Origin: the human T2T-CHM13v2.0 reference genome, Homo sapiens
Length of the DNA stretch: 64,000 bases
Strand: one strand, 5' to 3'
NCBI RefSeq assembly: GCF_009914755.1
Contig: NC_060929.1
This document shows, one piece after another, positions 53,415 through 64,000 of this stretch. The stretch's first letter is position 1. Every line of letters starts with the position of its first letter. The notes under the pieces are model-generated. The model was not told where the DNA came from, ran no database searches, and saw only the letters and a list, made by a program, of their open reading frames with translations. Position numbers and translations under genes: made by a program.

Positions 53415-54750
53415 CTTAGAATGTGCTTGTTGTGTGTGTGTGTGTGTGTTTTTTTTTTTTTTTGGTATTTATTCTGATTTATATTTGCTGTGCCTTTAAA
53501 ATGTATGGATTGAAGTGTTTCATCCATTTTGGAAAATTTGGAGCCATCACTTCTTCCACCATTTTTTCTTCACTATTCTCTCTCTCCTCTATTTCTGGGA
53601 CTTCAATTACACTTATGTTAGCTGAGTTTGTTTATATTGTTCCACAGGTCTTTAATATTTTTTCATTATTTTTACATTTATTTTTCTTCTTATGCTTTAG
53701 TTGAGATAATTTCTATTGACTCACTTCCAGTTCACTAATTCTTTGTTCTGCTCTGTCCAGTCTAATGTTAAGCCCATCCAATACTTTACTTTTTAATGGT
53801 ATATTTTAGTTACAGAATTGCTATTTGTTTCTTTTGAATAGTTTTTGTTTATTTGCCAAAATTCTCCATCGCTTCTTTCCTCCAAATTGCAAAACATTAT
53901 AATAATTGTAAATAAATATTTTTCTCTGAAAATTTCATCATATGAATCATCTGTGGGTCTGAGTCTATTGAAAAGTTTTTATTTCTCTTAACTATGAGTC
54001 ATATTTTCCTGCTTCTTGCATGTTATAATTTTTAATTTTATTTCAGACACAGTGTATATGTAAAAGACCAATAGAGACTGAAGTAGATTATAATTTTCCG
54101 CAGAAAATTTGCTGACAGGCAGCGATTGTTAGGGGCTGAGCTCATCAATTTAACTAGTTGAATAGTATTGGGGCTTGGAGTAACAGTAGAGTTAGTTTCA
54201 GTTCACTTCTGGTTCAAATGACTCAGGAGAGATTAGGCCCTTTGCTCCAGCAGGATTTTGGATTTTGGGATCTAAGCACCACAAGACTATGAGATCTCTC
54301 TCTGAGTTCTGGACCTCATTCCAGCTTTCTGATTATTCTACTTTTTGAATAAAATTTCCATGGGAGTGAATTGGGGTATGGTGAAGGCTAACTCTGAGTT
54401 TAGGGCTCTTCCAGATTCTGATCCACCATGCAGCCCAGGCACCTCTCCTAAAAACTTGGATGATTTCTCCTTTTTCACACAAAGTCCCTCCACCTGCAGC
54501 AGGCTTGCTTCTCCCCCAGACTCAACAACTCCCCAATGAATTGAAATGGTCTTCCATCTGCTCACTCAAGAAGGGTCTTCTCCCTCTATGAATTTTAGTT
54601 TGTTTAGATCTTGTTTTCATCTGCAATCTTCAATGGCTTTAAAGAGAAATAAGATTTTTTTTTTAGTTTACCTGATATTTTTGTTGCTATTAGAATGACG
54701 GCTTTTTATTAGCCTCTATATCCTAACTGATAGCAGAACTCTTGAGTCTG
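53415..54750 (-). mobile_element. Old L1M/HAL1 remnant (host, right part)
   Basis: ttttggaaaatttggagccat...ttctgggacttcaattacac...tgttaagcccatcc. Confidence 0.7.
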
Positions 54751-55724
54751 ATTCTGATGAATTAATTCAGCAACCTATTTTGTTTAAAAATAAAGTGATT
54801 AATGATTTATCAAATTATAATACACTTGCAGGTGATTTTTCTCATCTGCAGTGCCCAAAGCCAACCAACTCAAGAAACCTTCAAATTCTACTTCCCTGCC
54901 TCCTTGAAATGTTGAGCTAGAGATGATAACCTAATTTATATAATAGAATGAAAATGAAGAGAAATTAATTTTTATTAAGTGTCATGATACAGTATATCTC
55001 TAAGAACTCTGCTTATCCCTTTTCATACATCATTCTATTTTTTAAAATGCAAAAATATTTATTGTTTTTTTGGAGTAGAGAAAACCAGTAGAGATGGGGG
55101 GTGCAAGGCATTCCTTGGGTCAAGGTCCCAGCCAGGAAACATAAATAAAGATGAGGGATAGGTCCTTCTGAGGGAGGAGGGGTGCTGAACAGTTCAGGTG
55201 TTGGTCTTGGGAGTGAATTTACTTGTTCCTTATTTAGTGAGTACCGGGAACCAGGAAATGAGGCATCTGGACCTCATGTGTAAGCTGCACACACTGATGA
55301 TTGGTTCTGGTTCCCTGTTTAAAAATAGGACCCTTAGGCACCACTAGGGTGGGAATAACAAAATAGGACAATCTCACAAATGTGGAATGCTTAGTTACCC
55401 TAAATTTCCCACTACTTTACAGACATTTCAGTTACTTTCTCTGTTCCATTTCCTGGGAAAGATTTTGTTTGTCATGGAAATAATGACACCACATGGTAGT
55501 GCCCTCAGGTGAAGGGCTGGCTCCTATGCTTTTTATGCAGCTTGAACACAACTGATGAAATTGTGGGTAAGCCACATTATACTCTGTGGGAAATGGTATA
55601 CTTTGAATGATGTTCCCCTGAAGTTACAGTGATGCCTGCTGAAAAGAAGATGAGCGGTTTCTTCCTGTTCTTGTCACGTAGCCCTTATTTCCACCTTGCG
55701 TAGTTTCACTTGACATATATATTC

Positions 55725-55931
55725 TCTCCCTTCCCTGCCCTTCCCCTTACCTCTCTTCCTCACCTTTTCCTCTCCCTTTCCCTCATTCCTCTCACTGTGT
55801 CTTATCCCTTTCCCCTTTCCCTTCCCTGCACTTTCTTTTGTTTTCTTATCTCTTCTTTTTTCTTTTTCTTTCCTTTTTTTTGAGACAAGGTCTCACTGTG
55901 TCACCCAGGCTGGAGTGCAGTGGTACCATCA
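55725..55931 (-). repeat. Pyrimidine-rich tract joined to a truncated Alu right-arm fragment (55874-55931)
   Basis: CT-rich ~150 bp then ttttttttgagacaaggtctcactgtgtcacccaggctggagtgcagtgg. Confidence 0.8.
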
Positions 55932-56339
55932 TCATCATCATGACAGATTTGCACACAGGTCCCATAAACTTAGCCTATAAACTCCAAATTCTTATATGCC
56001 TGTCTTTCCCAAATGCTCATGTGTCTTATTACTATAATCTTCCAAAATTCCTCTACTGAGAGGATTTTGGAGGAGAATAAGGGCAGTGGGTTAGAGGAGG
56101 AGATGAGGGCAGCCTAAATTTTAGGGCCCAACTCTCATCTAGCAAGATGAAGCAGAAGAGAGTGAGAAATTCTATAAAAGAGACTTTGCGGGACACTAGG
56201 GAGCTCAAATCCAGCTTGTTCCAAGTGCCACCTTCTTCTCAGCTGTCACAGCGTAATATATTCTAGGTTGGTGCAAAAGTAATTGATGTTTCGGACCGTG
56301 AATTTTAAATCATTATAACTAGGTTCAAAGACATCTTTA

Positions 56340-57696
<1,357 letters not shown>

Positions 57697-57849
57697 AGTC
57701 TAAGAGAAACATAAAGTAAACAGCAAGTAATAAGTCATTAGCAAAAAAAAAGTGAGAAATGTGTATTAAAATGATGTATAACATAAGCACGCTTAAGAAT
57801 GTATTCCAATATCAAACGTCAAATCTCAACAATGCAAAAACCACAATTA

Positions 57850-57945
57850 ACCAGTGGTATAAATGAGGGATTTTATAACTTTGGATGGTGAATCTGAGAT
57901 GTGAGCATCTCATTTCTTAAAAAATCCCTCCTTTATACCACTGGT
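57850..57945. repeat. Inverted repeat / hairpin (25-bp arms with 1 mismatch, extendable to 29 bp with 2)
   Basis: accagtggtataaatgagggatttt (57850-57874) vs aaaatccctcctttataccactggt (57921-57945). Confidence 0.92.
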
Positions 57946-58172
57946 GAATGGATTCCAGAAGTAGCAGCAATGTCACTGGGGGATGGGAAATTTCAAAGGG
58001 TTGAGAGAGGAGGAAAAACTTGAGTTCCCTGGCTCTTTGAGGAAGGTAGGTTTTCTGCCTTGGGAGTGCGAGTGGGGCATGTGTATGTATGCATGCATGT
58101 ACATGTGTATTATTTTAATGCATAAAATATTTAGAAAAGATCCCTCCCTTACACAGTTATTCTAGAGGCCAA

Positions 58173-59130
58173 ATGTATCAGTTGAAATATTTTGGGCTGC
58201 AAATAATAAATAAACCTAACTAACAGTGACTAAAACCATAGTTATATTTATTTATTTATTTTATTTTTACTGAATAAAGGCAGAAGTTTCTTTGAACTTT
58301 GCTAACTCCCGACTCTGGAGAGTTGGCAGCTAGTATGGTTTGAATGCATGTGTCCCCACAAAAGTCATGTTTTGGAGCCTAAGACTTAATGTGATAGAAT
58401 TAAGAGGCAGGGTCTTTAGGAGGTGATTAAGCGATGAGGGCTCCGTCATCTTGAATGGGATTAGTATTCTTATAAAAGGGCTCAAGAGAGCCAGCTAGGC
58501 CCTTCTGGCCTTCCATCTTTCGCCACGTGAGGACAAAGCAACCTCACACCATCATGGAAGCAGAGAGCAGCCCTCACTAGATACCAGATCTGCTGGCACT
58601 TGATCTCGAACTTCCACAATAAATTTCTATTATTTATAAATTACCCAGTCTCAGGTGTTTTGTTAATGCAGCACACACAGACTAAAACAATAATTTAACA
58701 AGATCATCAGGACCCAGGGCTTTCCATTCTGCCATCCTCAGCATTTTAGTTTTTCATCCTCATCCTGGAGGCCTCACAATTGCAAAGTGGCTACCTCAGC
58801 TGCAAATCATCACATTTTCTCTTGATCACATACAAAGACAGGAAACAAAGGCAGGCAGAGTGTTGAGAAATTGTCTCCTGTGTCTCTCTCTCTTTTTTTT
58901 TTATCAGAGAGGAAAGCACTTCTCAGTTCTCAGTACACCTCCCTTTCCTTTTCATAGATGAGTACTCCATCATGTAACTACCTATGACCACAAGCAAAGT
59001 CTGGAAAAGTGAGTATATTGGAAAAAAAAAAAAAGCCAAGTTTATTGTGATTGAATTAGCAAGAGCAATCATGATTTATCTTTCAGGGCTGTGTACTTGG
59101 CAGCTGAGATAAAATCAGGATTCTGTTAGT
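58173..59130 (-). mobile_element. MaLR LTR MLT1J/K-like, split by MSTD
   Basis: tgtatcagtt...gctgcaaataa...; catcaggacccagg...ctgccatcctcagc...aaaatcaggattctgttagt. Confidence 0.7.
58331..58689 (+). mobile_element. MSTD-like solo LTR
   Basis: tatggtttgaatg...gaggtgattaag...aataaatttctattatttataaattacccagtctcagg...gactaaaaca. Confidence 0.85.
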
Positions 59131-61117
59131 GCTGTATTGTGTGCATGGTAATTTACTTTAAAATACTTCAGTACAAGTGGTGTGATGTGTATATGTGTAA
59201 GTTAACACTAATCAACACTCTAGCAATGAGTGGTTAATTAGTATATGAAGAGTCCTTACCTGAATCAATACTTTTGAGTTAATTAGCATATGGGATGTTA
59301 GAAATAATTTTTTGTTGGTGAAATTCATTGTGCATAAGATCAGTTAGGAGTAGGGTAGCAGGATCCACCACTTGTGCGTGAATAAAGCAGAAGAAATGTG
59401 CACGTTCAGCCATCGGTACCAGAGGTGGAAGTTCTGGAGCCCATTGGTCCTACATCCTCCCACTTCATGGAGGATCCCTCTAGCTGGCCCAGTGATGGGG
59501 CCTTGGATCATACATTTAGGAACCTGTTTCTCAGGGAACTACTCCTGCAAGGGGCATGTCAGGGAACCCAAAGGCAGAGAGAGGGGGAGTTTTTCCCAAA
59601 ATACAAGTGGTTGTTTGCCTGCTTGCTAAAAAATGATGTGTATGGTTGACAGAATTTGGCCTGAGACTTGCTTTCATATTAAGACACCACCTTGAAGCAA
59701 AGTTGCAGGAAAATAATCATATCACCCCCTCCCCCTCCCGCCTCTAGAGGCTACCAACCTGTACTAAGAAGAATCTAGTATCTGCCAAACAGCCAAAGTA
59801 ACATAGGTTTGGTCACTCCAGTTAGTCAAAGAGGAAAGGGGTGGGTTGTTGGGGAGACCATGAGACCAATAATATCACATAACAAGATGTTAAATTGAAA
59901 CCATTTCAACTAAAACATGATGGGTACAAAATTCCAAAGTGAGATGATAAACCAAAATACAATTTTTCAAAAAAAAATTATTTTAGAACATAAATCGTCA
60001 ATATTTGATTTTGAAAAAGAATTTGTAGCAAACTGTATTTGGGTATCTGCTTTTATTCTGTGAGCCCCATCTTCCATGAGTCGAAGGAAGGGTGTTCCGC
60101 CCCTCCCCTCAACTGTAAAGAGCTTTATTAGAAAGCCAGTCGGCCTGCTGATGTATGCCCCTTGTACATGGGCATGGCTATGGTAGACTAATGTTTGATA
60201 TGCTCTGTGGAAATCTGAAGGATTTCTGCCATAGATGGCAAGGCAGAAGGAAATGGAGCTACTACTTTGTTGAGGAATAACTATCTCTCCTCTATAGGCA
60301 GGCGAAAGGTGCATGAATACTGGGCACCAGATGCTGAATCCATAGCAGGAATGTTAGCATGGGGTTGTTTAAAAAACATCCTGTGGGAAAGGGATTCTGC
60401 CAGAAGCCAAGTTACCCCAACAGAATAAGCCTATAAGATGTGGCCTTCCAGAAAACAAACAGGCTGAGGACAGAAGTGGGAAGAATTCACATAAAGGGGA
60501 ACTTTTGCCTGCATCAAGGGAATAGCAGACAGGGTGATCCAGCAGGAGAGCCACTGAAGTCACTCCAAAGTGTTCTGAAAATGAAGACACAGCTTCACAC
60601 CCTTGCCAGGCCTAGAGCCCAGAGCCATCTCCCAATAGCGCCAGACAAGTAAGTGCTTCCCTTATTCTTTCCACTCACTCATCTCATGTCTTCTCATGCT
60701 CCAATAGTGGAGAGGCCAGAGCCACTATTTGCAAGCCGAGGAAGGAGAAGTAGGGAAATAAATGAGACAATGACCCCACACTTGCTCAGCAGACAGGAGG
60801 CTGGCCCTACCTGAAAGAAAAGAGAAAATTTAAGTCTCATTACAGGCCAGTTTTGATTACTACAAGGGACTAGGCATCCTAACTTCCAAAAGAAGACCAT
60901 GTTTGCTATTTAAGTGGTGGTAGGGCTTTTTGTGAGCCAAGAGTCATGGGCCTGCTGGAGCTTCCATTGGGGTCACCAAGCATATTTAAAGGACAGGGGG
61001 AGCCACCTCACATGGGCATGAAAGGAGTCCTGCCCCTGTCACTTCCCTCCTTTGCTTTGATCTTTCACCTTCTCCGCTCTTCTCTCCAGCATTCTGCTTC
61101 ATTTTAATCTTGGCTTC

Positions 61118-61727
61118 TGTGTCAGTTCTCTATTGCTGCAGAGCAAATTACCGCAAACTTCATGACTTCAGAAAAGCATGCATTCGCCATTGCATGGTTT
61201 CTGTAGATCAGGAGTCTAGGCATATCTTAGCCGCGTGTCTCTGGCTCTAAGACCTTTCACAGGGCTTTAATCAAAGTGTCAGTCCGGACTCCAATCTCAT
61301 CTCAAGGCTCCACTGGGGAAGGATGGGATTTAGGACTCATGTGGTTATTGGCAGAATTCAGTTCCCTGTGGCCTGTTGGATTAAAGCTTCAGTTTCTTGC
61401 TGGCTGACAGCTGGAAGCCACCCTCAGTTTCTAGTCTGTTGGCAAAAGGCTGTACTCAGTTTCTTGCCATGTGGACCTCCCAAATATGTCTACTTGCTTC
61501 ATCAAAACCTGCAAGAGTCTTTTTCATAAGACAAGTGTTACAATCTTATGTAATGTAATTGCAGAAGTGACTCACATTGGAGTCATATTGCCATATTCCT
61601 TTTGGTTTGAGGCAGGTCCCAGATCTCACCCACATTCAAAGGGAAGCAATTACTACACACGGCATGAATATCAGAGGCTGGGATGATGGGGGGCCATCTT
61701 GCAGACAATTGCAAGTTGTCTGCCACA
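61118..61727 (-). mobile_element. MaLR solo LTR MLT1E-like
   Basis: tgtgtcagttctctattgctgc...ttggcagaattcagttcc...tctgccaca; approximate TSD gcttc/acttc. Confidence 0.85.
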
Positions 61728-62029
61728 ACTTCTATTCTTCAATCCATGTGTATCTCTAGCCTGGGGACAGGGATGGGGGAAATTGCCAAAACATCTTCAG
61801 AGTGAAATGTCTATTAAACAAATATACTGCCCTAGTGTTGAGATAAAACAACTCACAGAGGACAGGCCCAGTGAATTATTATGGGAGGAAGGGTCTGCTT
61901 CTTATTTCAGTGTACCCCAAACCTTCTGCAGTGTCAGTTTAGAGTGTGCCGCCTAGAAGGAGCTGGGTTTGGGCTCCAGGGAAGGGAAAGGCTGAGGAGA
62001 TTAAAAAAAAAAAATCCATCCCATCACAC

Positions 62030-62240
62030 TGACTTGTATGATGCACATGCTAAATACCAGGCCTATCTATGCCCTTTATATGTATTATTCAAATAGTCCT
62101 GACAACAGCCTCATGTGAAGGTATTCTTTTTACCTGCATTTTACAATTTTTTTTTAAATGAAGGTTTTATAGGTCTCAGTAGCTTGCCCAGGGAAAGTGA
62201 TGGATCCAGAACTTGAAAGAGGTTTGTCTGCTCTAACCTG
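62030..62240 (-). mobile_element. MIR SINE
   Basis: gacaacagcctcatg..aggta...cattttaca...agcttgcccagg. Confidence 0.6.
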
Positions 62241-62274
62241 GATCTTATCACCATCTTAAAGAAAATGTGGGCAC

Positions 62275-62430
62275 CTAGACAGTGGAGGCAACATGCAACA
62301 GCACTTTATTTGGAATCAGAAGAGCTGGGTTCAATTATCACTCAGTTGCCTCTAAACTGAATGACTCTGGGCTCCTTTCTCAGCCTGCTTGGGCCTCACT
62401 TTCATGTGTATGAAGAAAATAATAAATTAT
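62275..62430 (+). mobile_element. MIR SINE
   Basis: ttggaatcagaagagctgggttcaa...tgactctgggc...gggcctcactttc. Confidence 0.6.
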
Positions 62431-62444
62431 GTCTCTTCTTCAGG

Positions 62445-63220
62445 TGAAAAAAAGTACCTTCACCCTTATTTCCCACCATGCACAGAAAATGAACTTAAAG
62501 TGGAGCATAGGCTTAATTGTGAGAAACAAACCTGTGAAATTTAAGTTAGGCAAAGATTGCAAACCTATAAAAGAAAAAAGTGATAAACTGGACTTCATAG
62601 AAGTTAAGATTTTTTTCTTTTCAAAAGACACCGTTGAGAAAATGAAAAGAGAATGCCATTGTATGGAAAAAAATTGCAAAACATATATCTGATTAAAGAC
62701 TTATATCCAGATTATATTGCGACCTCTTACAGCTTAGTTATGTGGCAAAAAACCCAATAAATAGTGGGAAAAGATTTGAATGGATTCATTACCAAAAACA
62801 GATATTGAAATAGACAATAAATACATAAACAGATGCTTAACATAATTCATCATTAGGGAAATGCAAATTAAAACATCAATGAGGCCGGGCATGGTGGCTC
62901 ACACCTGTAATCCCAGCACTTTGGAAGGCTGAAGGGGGTGGAACTCCTGAGCTCAGGAGTTTGAGAACAGCCTGGGCAACATGGTGAAGCCCCGTCTCTA
63001 TAAAAATAAATATAAAACAATAAGCTGGGTGCAGTAGTGTGCACCTGGTCTCAGCTACTCGGGAAGCTAAGGCAGTAGAATTGCTTGAGCTTGGGAGGCA
63101 GAGGTTGTAGTGAGCTGAGATAACACCATTGCACTCGGCCTGGGTAACAGGAGTAAAACCCTGTCTCAAAATAATAATAATAATAATTAATAATAATGAG
63201 ATACCACCATATACCTACTA
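62445..63220 (+). mobile_element. L1M ORF2 3' remnant (interrupted by Alu)
   Basis: tgataaactggacttcat...catatatctgattaaagacttatatccaga...cattagggaaatgcaaattaaaac. Confidence 0.8.
62883..63195 (+). mobile_element. AluJb-like with (AAT)n tail
   Basis: cctgagctcaggagtttgaga..agcctgggcaacatgg. Confidence 0.92.
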
Positions 63221-63400
63221 TGCCATATATTAATTATGTCTTTAAATCCTTACCAAGACCCTTTAAGTAGGGCTATTTTTATTCCCATTTCACAGATAAG
63301 AATACTTGCTGCCTTAGGTAGGTACTCAAGGTCACAGAGCTAAGGTGCAAGACAGCAAGCTTCAACTCAGGCAGTCTGATTGTAATGCCTATGTGCTCAC
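63220..63400 (-). mobile_element. MIR SINE
   Basis: tattcccatttcacagataag...ctcaaggtcacagagcta...ttcaactcaggcagtctga. Confidence 0.75.
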
Positions 63401-63429
63401 TGTGACCTTACTAAGCCATTTAATGTCAT

Positions 63430-63520
63430 CTCCATGAGGGCAAGGACTTGTCAATCTTGTGCACTGCTGGGGCTCCAACACCTAACACATAGCAGACACT
63501 CGATATTTGTTGAATGAAAG
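63430..63520 (+). mobile_element. L2 3' end
   Basis: ctccatgaggg.caaggact...cacatagcagacactcgatatttgttgaatgaa. Confidence 0.75.
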
Positions 63521-63756
63521 CCGGCCAGTGCACACTGGGACTCAGTTGGCACTTACTCCTACCTTCACAGAACCTTCAAGTATGAATGAATCATACCAAC
63601 TTATAATTTAGGATGCCCTTTTATGATACCTATTATTTGATCTTGGAACACTCCACAACTAGCTTCACGTAGGTCCTCTCCACATTCCTCTTCTCCCTTA
63701 GTTCTCCTTTTCTCATTCACTCCTCTTTCTTCTCTCTCTTCTTTTCTTTTCTCCAG

Positions 63757-63986
63757 TGGCTGGTGTGGCTTTACCTCACTTTGGAGAGGATACATGGTGA
63801 TGCTGACCTCCAGGGCCAGCTGCTTGGCTTGCCAAGACAGTGTCCTCAGAGACTGTGCATGCAGACCCACAGCCTACCTGCCCTGCCCCCGGGTCCTTGC
63901 TCTGTCTTTAGCCAGCCTTTGTGGGCGTTCACTTCCCAGCACTACGAGGGAGGCTGACTGGCCTATTTCCTCCTGACTCAAGGAAG
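63757..63986 (+). other. Candidate exon after a very strong 3' splice site
   Basis: ~50-nt pyrimidine tract ending ttttctccag|tgg at 63756; weak donor aag|gtttgc at 63987. Confidence 0.3.
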
Positions 63987-64000
63987 GTTTGCTTGCTGAA

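Noticed and set aside
59725-59742. Possible G-quadruplex
   Set aside because: Only three full C-runs plus a CC, so not a canonical motif

Overview
Primate (most likely human) euchromatic non-coding DNA, intergenic or deep intronic. More than half of it is recognisable transposable-element sequence: about 14 Alu/FLAM copies, L1 (L1PB-type plus older L1M nests), L2, MIR, MaLR LTRs (MLT1, MST, THE1B), ERV LTRs (LTR8, MER39, MER34, MER21C, LTR33-like), and hAT and Tc1/mariner DNA transposons. I can support no host protein-coding gene, rRNA, tRNA or CRISPR array. The supplied ORFs are shadow ORFs or fragments of repeats, and the only recognisable protein remnants are an Hsmar1 transposase and L1 ORF2 fragments. 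The most notable structures are: (i) a ~110-bp insertion that looks like a near-orphan L1 3' transduction with a 13-bp TSD at a canonical TTTT/AA site (18.7-18.8 kb); (ii) a near full-length Hsmar1 mariner whose 5' TIR is truncated and replaced by a fold-back inverted duplication forming a ~96-bp hairpin (56.3-57.9 kb); (iii) a two-LTR MSTB provirus; (iv) an LTR8 nested in MER39; and (v) several non-coding exon-like units suggesting a spliced lncRNA. Repeat subfamily names come from my recollection of consensus sequences, not a database search, and boundaries of old repeats are approximate.
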